Notes under the pieces: model-generated
Told to the model about the DNA's origin: nothing
Databases searched by the model: none
Seen by the model: only the letters and a program-made list of their open reading frames with translations
Shown: positions 8,534 to 19,063 of the stretch, one piece after another
Numbering within the stretch: the first letter of the stretch is position 1
Layout of the letters: each line of letters starts with the position of its first letter
Origin: Candidatus Obscuribacterales bacterium
GTDB taxonomy: Bacteria > Cyanobacteriota > Vampirovibrionia > Obscuribacterales > Obscuribacteraceae
NCBI GenBank assembly: GCA_965228855.1
Contig: CBDDIJ010000002.1
Location: 2,080,001 to 2,144,000, forward strand
Reading direction: 5' to 3'
Length of the DNA: 64,000 nt
Program-made: the position numbers and the translations under genes

Positions 8534-11500
8534 TCAGGAGAGCTTTATAAGTTTTGCAAAGCGTGGGTCCATCGTTTTTTCGGTGGGCTGTGATTCGAAC
8601 TTGATTTCGTAGAGTTCTTTATCGCCGTCGCCAATTACTTTGATGACGTTGCCTACACCGAATTTTGTATGCTGGACAACATCACCGACTTTCAAGCGCT
8701 CGAATGAGGCGGATTGCATATCCGAACCTTTCGCGAAACCTGACGATGATGATATTTGCCCCGGACGTGCCTGGTTGGGTCGCTGCGCTTGTGGTTTGGG
8801 TTGCGGTTGCCTGTACATCGAGCCGCCTGTGTTACCGGCTGGTCTGGCTCCGCCACCGCCGCCGGTTCCGCTGCGTGAGGTGCCGCCATATCCACCACCA
8901 CCGCCGCCGGTTCCGCTGCGTGAGGTGCCGCCATATCCACCACCACCGCCGGTTCCGCTGCGTGAAGTGCCGCCGTACCCACCGCCACCGCCGCCACCGC
9001 CGCGTTGGTTGCCAGAGTTTCCGCCGCCATAGTTAGTTGGTCTGGCACCGCCTGTGGAGCCGCCCCGGTTTAAGCCCGTGTTGTTATAGCCTCCCGAGCG
9101 CTGCCCTCCACCACCATACGAGCCACCACCGTAACGGTCGGAGCCGCCACCGTAGCCACCGGAGTTGCCGTATCGGTCCGAGCCACCGCCGTTGTAACGG
9201 TCATTGCTGTAACGGTCGTTGCCGTAGTCGTCATTGCCGTAGCGATTCGAGTTTCTACCGCCGCCACGACTGAAACCGTTGTCGTTGTACTCCTCATCCA
9301 TATGATTGGCCGAGTCTTGTGCTCCTTCGGACGGATAGAAGCCGGTCAAAAGCCCAGGCGTAATTTCCTTCAAGAAGCGACTCGCCGGCAGCATTTGTGC
9401 CGAGAATCCAGAGGAGCCGTCGGCCTGGCGACTGATGAAGGAACGTTTGCGAGCGCGCGTTATATACAATGAATCTTCGGCGCGAGTCACGCCGACGTAC
9501 ATGAGCCGGCGTTCTTCTTCCATCATGGAGTCGGATTCCATTGAACGCATATGGGGCAGGATTCCTTCTTCCAGTCCCATCAAGAACACAACAGGGAATT
9601 CCAAACCTTTGGCCGAGTGAAGCGTCATCAGTTTCAAATTCTCTTCGTCGAGCTTCTCATTATCCAGATCGCTGACCAGGGAAATTCTGGTCAGGAATGA
9701 TTCGAGGTCCGGTTCGTCGGCGACGCTTTCAAAATCTGCTGCCACTGCCAGTAGTTCTCGAATGTTTTCCATGCGGCCGACAGCGGTTTCGTCCTTTTGA
9801 TTCATGGCTTCTTCGGCGAGCACATCCATATAACGTGTATCGTCGATGATCAAATTCATCAAGCCTGAAATCGGATCTGCGTAGCCGAGTTTTCTTCCGT
9901 CTTCTGTCGTGTACTCTGGAACGCTGCGCGGCTGCCAGCGAGTAATCACACAGCTTGCGAATTGCGACAGGGCCGCTTGGGTTTTCGGTGAAAGCCCCTC
10001 GATGCGATGAGCTTCTGAAGCCGCTTCCAGATATGAGATTCGCTGTTGATCGGCGTAACTGTAAAGCCGATCGAGGGAAGTTTTGCCGATACCGCGTTTG
10101 GGTGTGTTGACGACGCGGTTGAAAGACTGACCGTCTTGAGGATTAAAGGTCAGCTTCAAATACGCCACCATGTCTTTAATTTCCTGGCGGTCGTAGAATT
10201 TCGTGCCACCAACCACGGTGTACGGAATGCCGCTGCGAATCAAAACTTCTTCTATCGCTCGCGACTGCGCGTTCGTTCTATATAGTATTGTCGCGTCGGA
10301 ATACTTTCGGCCTCGCACTTTAAGGCGCTTCAGTTCTTCGACAACGAAAAACGCTTCGTCGATCTGATCCGAACCTTCATAGTATTGTGCTTTGCCACCC
10401 TTATCCCGGTTGCAGCGCAGGACTTTGTCGATACGCTCGGTGTTGTTTGCGATGATGCTGTTTGCGATTTCCAGAATGGTCGAGGTCGAGCGGTAGTTTT
10501 CTTCTAGCTTGATGATGCGCGAATTGGGAAAATCGTTCTGGAAGCCCAGGAAGATCCGGAAATCTGCTTTACGCCATGAGTAAATCGACTGGTCTACGTC
10601 GCCGACAACCATGAGAGAGCGCTGATTCCATTTGTCAGCGATCTCTTGTTCGCTCATACCTTGCAGACTTTGCGAGCGCCCTGCTTGAATTTGAGCCGCG
10701 TTCGAAAAGATATCGGCGAGCAATCTGCAAAATTCGTACTGCGCTTTGTTGGTGTCTTGAAACTCATCGATAAGCAGATGGCGGAATCGTTTCATCAGCC
10801 GTTCTCTTATATGAGTTTGTGTGCGCACCAGATCGGTGAAGATCAAAATCAGATCATCGAAGTCGAAGGCGTTGTTGCGAGCGAGCGCCTCTTGATATTT
10901 TTCGAATATCTCGGCGATTTTGCGCTCGCGATATGCGCGCGCCTCGCTTGCATACAGCGTGTACGTGTATCCGTCATTCTTCAGCGCTGAAATCGTATGG
11001 CGCATTTCTTTCGGTGGGAATACTTTCTCGTCGAAATCGAGCTTCTTCAATTCCGCTTTCATGATGCTCAAGCTGTCCGCTTCGTCGTAAATGACGAAGT
11101 TTTTCGACCACTGCCAACCTTCCGGAGTTTTATAGTCCTCTATATATTGTCTGAGCATGCGCGCGCACATGCTGTGAAAGGTTCCGATCCAGGAAAAGCG
11201 AGTGCCGCCGCCTATGGCTTTCTCAATCCTGGTCTTCATCTCTTTGGCGGCTTTGTTCGTGAAGGTCACAGCCATGATTGAGTCCGGATCCTGGTCTAGT
11301 TCTTTAATGAGCCAAGCGATCCGGCGCGTTAGCACAGTGGTTTTGCCGGAGCCAGCGCCGGCGACGATAAGAGACGGTCCCCAGCCCTGGCATACAGCCT
11401 GGGCCTGCTCGTTGTTCAATCGAGCAAGAAGTTCATGCGATTCGCGGCCTTGCGTCGCCATCGTTACGTTGAGAACCTCCAAACCACTTACTTCGTTCAT
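8534..11500 (-). CDS. pcrA: ATP-dependent DNA helicase PcrA/UvrD with a long Gly-rich linker and C-terminal Tudor-like domain
   Basis: [39 protein letters not shown] and [13 protein letters not shown] motifs. C-terminal [15 protein letters not shown]. Confidence 0.95.
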   Translation of the reverse strand: MNEVSGLEVLNVTMATQGRESHELLARLNNEQAQAVCQGWGPSLIVAGAGSGKTTVLTRRIAWLIKELDQDPDSIMAVTFTNKAAKEMKTRIEKAIGGGTRFSWIGTFHSMCARMLRQYIEDYKTPEGWQWSKNFVIYDEADSLSIMKAELKKLDFDEKVFPPKEMRHTISALKNDGYTYTLYASEARAYRERKIAEIFEKYQEALARNNAFDFDDLILIFTDLVRTQTHIRERLMKRFRHLLIDEFQDTNKAQYEFCRLLADIFSNAAQIQAGRSQSLQGMSEQEIADKWNQRSLMVVGDVDQSIYSWRKADFRIFLGFQNDFPNSRIIKLEENYRSTSTILEIANSIIANNTERIDKVLRCNRDKGGKAQYYEGSDQIDEAFFVVEELKRLKVRGRKYSDATILYRTNAQSRAIEEVLIRSGIPYTVVGGTKFYDRQEIKDMVAYLKLTFNPQDGQSFNRVVNTPKRGIGKTSLDRLYSYADQQRISYLEAASEAHRIEGLSPKTQAALSQFASCVITRWQPRSVPEYTTEDGRKLGYADPISGLMNLIIDDTRYMDVLAEEAMNQKDETAVGRMENIRELLAVAADFESVADEPDLESFLTRISLVSDLDNEKLDEENLKLMTLHSAKGLEFPVVFLMGLEEGILPHMRSMESDSMMEEERRLMYVGVTRAEDSLYITRARKRSFISRQADGSSGFSAQMLPASRFLKEITPGLLTGFYPSEGAQDSANHMDEEYNDNGFSRGGGRNSNRYGNDDYGNDRYSNDRYNGGGSDRYGNSGGYGGGSDRYGGGSYGGGGQRSGGYNNTGLNRGGSTGGARPTNYGGGNSGNQRGGGGGGGGYGGTSRSGTGGGGGYGGTSRSGTGGGGGGYGGTSRSGTGGGGGARPAGNTGGSMYRQPQPKPQAQRPNQARPGQISSSSGFAKGSDMQSASFERLKVGDVVQHTKFGVGNVIKVIGDGDKELYEIKFESQPTEKTMDPRFAKLIKLS
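8850..9000 (-). repeat. Three tandem 42-45 bp coding repeats ([14 protein letters not shown]) inside pcrA
   Basis: CCGCCGGTTCCGCTGCGTGARGTGCCGCC occurs three times with near-identical DNA. Confidence 0.9.
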
Positions 11501-11979
11501 TATGACCCCTCGTTAAACCACGTAGATTCGGTTTTAGAGCCGATTGCCATGGTGGCGCGCCGAAAGCGGCGCCCGCGCAATCATACTGAAACCTTGATAG
11601 CGAGCCGTCATCCTTCTAATTTGTAACACACGTCCATCTTCGCAAGCCACGAACGCGCGCCAAACCGCCAAGAGATCGAAGCGGGTCCTCGCCCGGTCCA
11701 GTCCTCTTGCTCGTCAGAGATGCAGGCTGTATCAGCCTCTCATAGAGTACTGTATATATCGCCCTCCGAGCTTGAACACAAAATTATGGTCGAGCGAAGT
11801 TTTGGCGTTTTTTAGGGTTGGTTAACTATTTCTTTTTGCGGTTTGGGGTCGGTTGATTAAAACTTGTAAACAGCTTGCGGCTGGTGAATTGACCCGCCCC
11901 TAAAGATCGGTAAGCTAGGTATCGGCCTAAAGAATCCCTTTATAAAAACTCTTTGGCGCCTTTCCAAGGGAAAACACAA

Positions 11980-12486
11980 ATGACAGAATCACTAACCATT
12001 CCTACAGTCGATGAGCTCGCTCAGGAGCTTCTCATTATTCAGCAATCCGGTCCAAGAAAGGTTGCTATCATCGGCTCCCGGAACCTGCCGCTCACCCATC
12101 AGCAAATTGTCGAGATGCTCAGCTACGCTCTCGTTCTTTCCGGCAACCAGGTAATTACTAGTGGTGGCGCAAATGGTACCAATATGGCTGTCATTCGCGG
12201 CGCTCAGAGAGCTAACCCTGACAGACTGAACGTCATTTTGCCTCAAACAATCGGTCAACAACCCGGTGAAGTTCAAGATCTATTGATCGGTATCAAGAAC
12301 ATCGTCGAATATCCGGAAAGACGAACGATGACGCTCGCCGACGCCAGCCGTCAGTGCAACCACGAAATCATCGACAAGAGCCAGCAGATTATATGCTTCC
12401 TGTATCACACCAGCCATACGCTGCTCGAGTCAGTCACCTACGCTAAAGAGCGCCGCAAGATCGTCACCAGTTTCTATCTTGACTAA
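11980..12486 (+). CDS. DNA recombination-mediator protein A / DprA-like SLOG-superfamily protein (short cyanobacterial type)
   Basis: KVAIIGSRN and ITSGGANGTNMAVIRGA motifs. Resembles the conserved short cyanobacterial DprA-like family. Confidence 0.75.
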   Translation: MTESLTIPTVDELAQELLIIQQSGPRKVAIIGSRNLPLTHQQIVEMLSYALVLSGNQVITSGGANGTNMAVIRGAQRANPDRLNVILPQTIGQQPGEVQDLLIGIKNIVEYPERRTMTLADASRQCNHEIIDKSQQIICFLYHTSHTLLESVTYAKERRKIVTSFYLD

Positions 12487-12645
12487 CTGAAAGCTTTTGC
12501 ACGGCATGTCGCGTTTAAACCTTGCGGCTGGCTCATCCGTTTCCGCTCGATTAACTAACAGATAACAGCAAAAGCGCTCCGGTAGATTGTAACCAACGTC
12601 TATCTCGATTAAGCTTGTAGAGTTACTACCAGCGCTAGATAGAAG

Positions 12646-13803
12646 TTGCCTGTGACCCAACAACCGCTCCAGCTGCCAGATCACACACAGATGTTGGTGG
12701 CGTGTCTTTTGTCGTTCGTTGCGAGTGCTGTTCTCTATCCAGGTTATATAAAGTGGCTTAAACAGCGGCAAGTCGAACAGTTTTTGCGCGAGGACGGACC
12801 CCAGAGTCATGCGCATAAAGCCAAAACGCCGACGATGGGCGGTTTGGTGTTCGGCATCGTCACTTCCGTTGTGTCGCTTGCTGTGCTTTTGTTTATGAAC
12901 GCCGGCGCGAAACCGCTTGATAGCTCTGTTGTTATCGTCGGCCTCATATGTGGTGGCATCGGTTTTATTGACGACTTTGCCAAATTTAGGCAGAAGAACA
13001 ATAAGGGGATCTCAGGCTACATCCGCCTGGGGAGCGAACTTGTGCTCGGAGTGATGCTTGGCGCGCTGATTATTTTTTCCAGCAGCGAAACCATCTTCGT
13101 GCCATTCGCTGAGCAAATCGCAGCTCTCGCCGGAGGGCACGCTGCCAGTTTTGCTGGAACGCATCTTGGAATCTGGGGACCGCCTGCGTTGTTGTTCATC
13201 CCGCTTGCCGGATTTCTGATCGCTGCCACCGCAAACTCTCTCAACCTTCACGACGGAATGGACGGGCTTGCCGCCGGCACTTCTTGTCAGGTTTTCGCTG
13301 CCCTCGCTCTCATGCTGTTTGCAACCGGGCAGCATTCACTCGCTTTGATTTCCGCATGCGCAGCCGGGGCGCTTTGCGGTTTCATACTTTTCAATAAAAA
13401 TCCGGCCAAGATTTTCATGGGAGACACGGGAAGCCTCTTCATAGGCGGCTTGATGGGCGCGCTTGTGGTTTGCGGCGGTTTAGTCGTCTGGTTTATTCCC
13501 TTATCGCTCGTATATATCTTCGAGGCACTGTCGGTGATGATTCAAGTTACCGTCTTCAAACTCACCAAGAAGCTCGAAGGCGAAGAGAAAATGAATCCGT
13601 TGAAGGTTGTTATCACCAAACTGACGAAACGCGTTCCGGGCGAGGGCAAGCGCGTTTTCAGAATGGCTCCCCTGCATCACCATTACGAAGCGGTTTGGGC
13701 GGACAAGGGCGTGCCGGAATGGCAAGTGGTCGCAGGCTTCTGGGTCGCGCAAACGATTCTTTGCCTGGGCACCTGCGTATTGTTTTTCACTTACTTGAAA
13801 TAG
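12646..13803 (+). CDS. mraY: Phospho-N-acetylmuramoyl-pentapeptide transferase
   Basis: KAKTPTMGG, GFIDD, NLHDGMDGL, IFMGDTGS and MAPLHHHYE motifs. Confidence 0.96.
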   Translation: MPVTQQPLQLPDHTQMLVACLLSFVASAVLYPGYIKWLKQRQVEQFLREDGPQSHAHKAKTPTMGGLVFGIVTSVVSLAVLLFMNAGAKPLDSSVVIVGLICGGIGFIDDFAKFRQKNNKGISGYIRLGSELVLGVMLGALIIFSSSETIFVPFAEQIAALAGGHAASFAGTHLGIWGPPALLFIPLAGFLIAATANSLNLHDGMDGLAAGTSCQVFAALALMLFATGQHSLALISACAAGALCGFILFNKNPAKIFMGDTGSLFIGGLMGALVVCGGLVVWFIPLSLVYIFEALSVMIQVTVFKLTKKLEGEEKMNPLKVVITKLTKRVPGEGKRVFRMAPLHHHYEAVWADKGVPEWQVVAGFWVAQTILCLGTCVLFFTYLK

Positions 13804-13891
13804 TTGGCCCAACATTTAATATACTTTGTGTGGGACGATTCCAAATGGTGCAAAATTGTCTCTAAATTTGATTTCTGGACGCCGGTACTAA

Positions 13892-15739
13892 GTGAATAAG
13901 GTTCTGCAACTGGTTAAAGACCTGGTAAGCCAGGATCGCTGGGATGAAGCGCATTCCGTGCTGACCAGACACGCGCGCCAGTCGATGAACGACCCGGATG
14001 TCGAGTATTACCTCGGTGTTTTGTGTTTCAACATGGGGCGGTTTGATGAGGCTGAACGCCACCTCAAGACCTGCCTTCAGATAGTATCGAACAACGCAGA
14101 CGCGCATTATCAGCTGGGTTTGTGTTTGTTAAAACAAGATCGCCCCGCAGAGGCGATGCCTGAATTCCGCGAGGCCTGCGAAGGACGAGAAGGTTTCGCT
14201 GTCGGCCATTTGCATTGGGGGTTGGCTCTTGCCGCTATGGGCAAGCTTCCCGGCGCGCTCGGGCAATTTAAGCAGGCCATCAAAAGTAATCCGAAGATGG
14301 CTTCCGCCTACTATCAAGCCGGTATCTGCTCGTTTCAACTGGAGCAATACCAGGATGCTGCGCAGTTTTTCGAGCAGGCTTGTCTTGCGGATCCAAAGAT
14401 GGCCGAGGCCTTCAATTGCTTAGGAATCGCTATGTGTGCGATGGGAAACGTCACGGCCGGCGCCAACTGTTTTCAAAAAGCGGTAGAAGTCGACAGCCAA
14501 TACGCTCTGGCTCATAGAAATTGGGCGCAGGCTCTTGCGCAACTCGGTCAGTCGGCTGAAGCAGTCAAGCATTATCAGGATGCTATAAATCTCGCGCCGA
14601 CCAGCATGACCGCTTCGGAACGGGCCCTGATTTATAACGACTGGGGTGTGAATCTGTTCCAGCAGAATTTACTCGACGATGCTTGCGAAAAATTCTTGCA
14701 TGCGGTCGATGTCGATCCGAATCTCGAGCATGCAAGACTCAATCTAGGTCTCGTTTACATGGCGCTCAAGGAATACGACCGAGCTGCCGAAGTGTTCGAG
14801 AAAGGGTTGGAGATAAATTACTCCAACGTTCATATGGCGATGTACTGTGCGGTTAATTACCTGCTCACAGGTAGATTTGATGACGCTCTTGCGCGTTTGA
14901 CCAAGGTGGTTGCCGCCGGCATGACCCATCCCGATGTCGATCTCTGGATGGGATTTGCGCACGTTGGAAGCGGTCGGACCGAACCGGCCGAGAAGAGTTT
15001 CGAAAAGGCGCTGGCACAAAATCCGCGCAACTTCCTCGCGCTGGACGGCTGGGGCTGCGCCCTGGCGTTGGCTGGAAATCACGAAGCTGCCGTCGACAAG
15101 TTTCGTCAATGTGTTGCTATCAATGATGGCTATGGGCTTGGGCACTTGCACCTGGCTCGCAGTCTGGATGAGCTCGGTCAAGCTGACGTGTCGAAGCACG
15201 AATTTCGCGAAGCCATTCTGCGAGATCCGCTTTGCATAATCCCGCAAAAGGAAGCGCTCGACAAGCTGCTTGATGCGCATCAGTTTGATTACGTCATGCA
15301 ACAATCCATGAAAATGCTGGACGTTCTGCCTCACGATACCGAAGCGAAATTGGCTCTGGCTAAGGCTCTTCGTGCACAGAATCGATTGAGCGAAGCCCTC
15401 CACCTTGTGCAGGAGTTGATAGAGGAACGGCCAAACAATGGTCCGGCGCGGACTATTGCAGGACAGATTTTCCTGGCTAAAGCGAGATACGTTGAGGCTG
15501 ATCAGATGTTTCGCGAAGCGTCGGAACTCTACGAAGGCGATGCGCCGCTGTTTTACGCATGGGGTAAATCACTGGCGCTGCTCGGCCTGTATGATTTCGC
15601 TCTCGAAAAATATCAACGCGCCTGCGAAATTGACCCGTACGACGGTGATGTCTATGAAGCCTGGGGTTCCACGCTGAAGCAGCTTGGACGGTTTGCGGAA
15701 GCGGCAGAAGTCTACAAGCGCGCCTCGCAATACATTTAG
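13892..15739 (+). CDS. Tetratricopeptide repeat protein (615 aa)
   Basis: Continuous ~34-aa TPR-type repeats (e.g. ADAHYQLGLCL, AEAFNCLGIA, HARLNLGLVY) over the whole length. Confidence 0.92.
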   Translation: MNKVLQLVKDLVSQDRWDEAHSVLTRHARQSMNDPDVEYYLGVLCFNMGRFDEAERHLKTCLQIVSNNADAHYQLGLCLLKQDRPAEAMPEFREACEGREGFAVGHLHWGLALAAMGKLPGALGQFKQAIKSNPKMASAYYQAGICSFQLEQYQDAAQFFEQACLADPKMAEAFNCLGIAMCAMGNVTAGANCFQKAVEVDSQYALAHRNWAQALAQLGQSAEAVKHYQDAINLAPTSMTASERALIYNDWGVNLFQQNLLDDACEKFLHAVDVDPNLEHARLNLGLVYMALKEYDRAAEVFEKGLEINYSNVHMAMYCAVNYLLTGRFDDALARLTKVVAAGMTHPDVDLWMGFAHVGSGRTEPAEKSFEKALAQNPRNFLALDGWGCALALAGNHEAAVDKFRQCVAINDGYGLGHLHLARSLDELGQADVSKHEFREAILRDPLCIIPQKEALDKLLDAHQFDYVMQQSMKMLDVLPHDTEAKLALAKALRAQNRLSEALHLVQELIEERPNNGPARTIAGQIFLAKARYVEADQMFREASELYEGDAPLFYAWGKSLALLGLYDFALEKYQRACEIDPYDGDVYEAWGSTLKQLGRFAEAAEVYKRASQYI

Positions 15740-15746
15740 TGCCGCT

Positions 15747-17873
15747 ATGAATACACTGGCAGACACCGGTAGTTTCAACACGCAATCTTCGACTGAGTTA
15801 GCGAATAAAACTGAGCAGCTCCTGTATTTCCGGCTTGCATTTGCGGCAGTCGGTGCTGTGTTGTGTCTAACACTCTGGTGGTTCGGTCACGGCATGTTCG
15901 ACCTGTACGCGCTGGGGAGCTCATGCGCTCTGGTTCTCGGCTATACATCAGTGGCGCTGACACTCGTCTTGACGAAAACAATCGCCAAGAAAAGTCAGCT
16001 GACTATCGCAAACGGAATTTTAATTGGTCTTGATGTTCTTACGCTCACACTGATTGTGCACCTTACTTTTGGCGTCGAATCCGATTTGTATGTGTTGTAT
16101 CTTTTGCCGATTTTGCTTTCAAGTTACACATTCGGAAAGAAGGGAACCTATTTAACGGCGCTGCTGGTCTCGGTTTCATACGTCGGTTTGTTGGTGACCG
16201 AAAATGCTAAGTCATTGCCTTATCTCATTCCGAATGCAGATGTGACGATGGCGACAGCCTATGCGAGCAAGTTTTGGGCGCGGATCTTCGGACGTTCAGT
16301 ATTGCTTGTTAGTGTTTCATTCATATGGGCGCGTTTTGTAAGCTATATGTCCGGAGTTGCGAGGCTCGGCGAAAACCGCCTCAGGATTCAGCTTGAGGAC
16401 AACAATCGCATGGTGACCGAGATTCGTGCGCAGGCTCAAAGAGAAGCGTTGATCAACTCGATCAACTCGGCGTTGCGTAGTACGCTGGAACTGGATCGAA
16501 TTCTGGTCACCGCTGCCGATGAGCTTGCCGGCGCATTGAATGTTTTTCGCTGTGCGATTGTTTGCAAACTTGCCGAAGTCGATGACGAGATTTTCGTTTG
16601 CGAGGCCGATCCGGGTGGGGAAGCCGGACGAGCCGGTCATAATAGTTTGAAGTACTTTGATGCAGAGATATGTGAGTTCATTCTGAACACTCGTAGTCGC
16701 TACGAGAGTATCGAAGAAGGCCTGGTGATGAAGACTTTCGTCTACTCAGAGCCTCATAAAGAGCCGATCTTCGGGCCCGTAAGGGAAAAACTTGCAGAGC
16801 TGAATTGGGGCTCGCTTATTGTTCAACCAATGATGTATCGAGACCTGTCCAAAGGCGTTATCATCATCGCCGAGATAGACCCGCGTCGATACTGGTCTGC
16901 CAACGATATCGAACTGGTTAAGTCGGTAGGCGGACAGGTCGCAGTTGCAATCGAACAAGCTTCTCTGATCGAGGAACTCTCAAAGACAAACCAGAATTTG
17001 ATTGAAAAGAACACAAATCTGGACGCGAAAAACTCGGAACTGCGCTCGATGCAATCGACGCTTATCCATCAGGAGAAGATGGCGTCGCTCGGTCGTCTGG
17101 TTGCTGGAATCGCCCATGAACTCAACAATCCCATTAACTTCGTGCACGGCAACCTGCCATATCTAAAAGAATACGTCGACGACCTGAAGAAGCTCGTGGA
17201 CTCGCTCGACGATGTTTCCGGTGAAGCCAAGGCAAAGCTGGAAGAACTTAAGGAAGGCGTGAAATATGACTTCCTGACCACCGATCTGGACAATATCATC
17301 GCTGATTTAAACGAAGGGACCGACCGAATTCGCCATATCATCCGCGACCTGAAGAGTTTCAGCCGGCTTGATGAAGCGGAACTTAAGGATGCTTCCGTGC
17401 ACGAGGGTATCGAATCAACCGCCAAGATTCTTTCTCAGTATTTCGGTCGAGACAAGACCCCGCTCGACAAGGACTTTGGCGACGTCCCGCACATTCTTTG
17501 TTACGCTGGGCAACTTAATCAGGTCTGGATGAATCTATTGTCAAATGCTGCGCAGGCGGTTGCTGACAAGGAGGACGGCAAAGTAGCGGTGAAGACCAGG
17601 GTCGTCGACGGGCAGGTTCTTGTGTCAATCAGTGACAACGGGCCTGGTATAAAACCAGAGATTCAGAGTAAAATCTTCGATCCGTTCTTTACGACTAAAC
17701 CGGTCGGTCAGGGGACGGGTCTGGGTCTCTCGATCTGTCATTCGATTGTCGGACGGCATGGCGGGCGGATAGAATTGAGTACGAAGCTCAATGAGGGGAC
17801 CACGTTCACTGTAGTGCTCCCGCTCAAAGCGGAGCAGTTGGAACGAGAAGCTGAGGAGGCGGAGCGCTTATAG
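15747..17873 (+). CDS. Membrane sensor histidine kinase (TM region, GAF, HisKA, HATPase)
   Basis: N-terminal TM helices, a GAF-like region, H-box GIAHELNNP, N-box QVWMNLLSNA, DNGPG and GTGLGL. ATG at 15747 is 7 nt after the TPR stop. Confidence 0.95.
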   Translation: MNTLADTGSFNTQSSTELANKTEQLLYFRLAFAAVGAVLCLTLWWFGHGMFDLYALGSSCALVLGYTSVALTLVLTKTIAKKSQLTIANGILIGLDVLTLTLIVHLTFGVESDLYVLYLLPILLSSYTFGKKGTYLTALLVSVSYVGLLVTENAKSLPYLIPNADVTMATAYASKFWARIFGRSVLLVSVSFIWARFVSYMSGVARLGENRLRIQLEDNNRMVTEIRAQAQREALINSINSALRSTLELDRILVTAADELAGALNVFRCAIVCKLAEVDDEIFVCEADPGGEAGRAGHNSLKYFDAEICEFILNTRSRYESIEEGLVMKTFVYSEPHKEPIFGPVREKLAELNWGSLIVQPMMYRDLSKGVIIIAEIDPRRYWSANDIELVKSVGGQVAVAIEQASLIEELSKTNQNLIEKNTNLDAKNSELRSMQSTLIHQEKMASLGRLVAGIAHELNNPINFVHGNLPYLKEYVDDLKKLVDSLDDVSGEAKAKLEELKEGVKYDFLTTDLDNIIADLNEGTDRIRHIIRDLKSFSRLDEAELKDASVHEGIESTAKILSQYFGRDKTPLDKDFGDVPHILCYAGQLNQVWMNLLSNAAQAVADKEDGKVAVKTRVVDGQVLVSISDNGPGIKPEIQSKIFDPFFTTKPVGQGTGLGLSICHSIVGRHGGRIELSTKLNEGTTFTVVLPLKAEQLEREAEEAERL

Positions 17874-19004
17874 ATGTCGAGACGACATAACATTCTGATC
17901 GTTGATGACGAAGTAGCCAATCTGCGCCTTCTGCGTCGAGTACTCGGTAGAGACTACGATGTACTCGAGGCTACGAGCGGTCAGGAAGGGCTTGAACTGC
18001 TCAAAAATAACTCGGTGAGTTTGATTATCACCGACCAACGCATGCCTGCTATGACTGGCGTTCAGATGCTTGAACAGTCGCTTCCGGTCAATCCTGATGC
18101 AATTAAAATTTTGTTGACCGGTTATACGGATGTGCAGGCTCTGATTGATGCGATCAATGCCGGACACGTTTATAAGTACATTCCTAAACCGTGGGATGCT
18201 GACGAACTCAAGCTTACTGTTCGACGCGCCCTTGAAACCTTTGAACTGAAAGAACACAACATCACTTTAATCAAAGAGCTCAAATCTGCGATGGGTGAGT
18301 TGGAAGAGCTTTCGATGGGAACTATTCGTGCGCTTGCTGATGCACTCGACGCAAAATGCGATTACACAGCTGGTCACAGCCTTCGCGTCAGCCGAATATC
18401 GATGCTGATCGGCAAAACCATGGGGCTGCCATTCGAAGATCTGCGTGATATCGAACTTGGTGGCATACTTCACGACATCGGTAAAATTGGCGTGCCCGAG
18501 TCGATTTTGTGGAAACCTGCGCAGCTCACGCCGGACGAGCGAGAAGTGATGCGGAAGCATCCATCAATCAGCGCGCAAATCATTGGTGAGCTTCGTGGGC
18601 TTCGTCGCGCTCGTGAATATGTAAAACACCATCACGAGTACTTCGATGGCAACGGCTATCCTGATGGATTGGCGGGTGATGCCATTCCTGTCGGTGCCAG
18701 AATCATTCTAGTATCGGACGCATATGATGCGATGACGACCGACCGACCATACCGTAAAGCCATTGGTCATGAGCGTGCGGTTAAGGAACTCGAGGCAGGA
18801 CGCGGTACTCAATTTGACCCGGTTGTCGTCGATGCGCTGATGAAGCTGCTCGAAGAAGGCCCGGAAGTTTTGAACAAACGTGTCACCGAAGAGTTCGATG
18901 ATAATTTCCTCGGTCTGGGTGTGACAAATGTGGATGCTCGCGCTTCCGGCAAGAACTTTCAGGCCGAAGTCGAGCGGCAAGCCAGAGCGCTGGCTGCCGA
19001 GTAG
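17874..19004 (+). CDS. Response regulator with HD-GYP domain (RpfG-like cyclic dinucleotide phosphodiesterase)
   Basis: REC domain (IVDDE, TDQRMP, IPKPW), LHDIGK and HHEYFDGNGYPDGL. Start codon abuts the kinase stop codon. Confidence 0.95.
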   Translation: MSRRHNILIVDDEVANLRLLRRVLGRDYDVLEATSGQEGLELLKNNSVSLIITDQRMPAMTGVQMLEQSLPVNPDAIKILLTGYTDVQALIDAINAGHVYKYIPKPWDADELKLTVRRALETFELKEHNITLIKELKSAMGELEELSMGTIRALADALDAKCDYTAGHSLRVSRISMLIGKTMGLPFEDLRDIELGGILHDIGKIGVPESILWKPAQLTPDEREVMRKHPSISAQIIGELRGLRRAREYVKHHHEYFDGNGYPDGLAGDAIPVGARIILVSDAYDAMTTDRPYRKAIGHERAVKELEAGRGTQFDPVVVDALMKLLEEGPEVLNKRVTEEFDDNFLGLGVTNVDARASGKNFQAEVERQARALAAE

Positions 19005-19063
19005 GTTTTCGGCTACCGTTAAAAGCGTCTAGTGGTTGAAACTCGCATACCGTGAAGAAGCGC

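Noticed and set aside
8850..9000. Repeat array as a possible CRISPR
   Set aside because: The repeats are in-frame coding units with no unique spacers, and there are no cas genes.
8640..9048. Pro-, His- or Ala-rich ORFs overlapping the pcrA linker
   Set aside because: They are shadow frames of the Gly-codon repeats in pcrA.
11743..11762. Possible LexA box upstream of pcrA (AGTACTGTATATAT)
   Set aside because: Only a half-site. It fits neither CTGT-N8-ACAG nor the cyanobacterial RGTAC-N3-DGTWC pattern.
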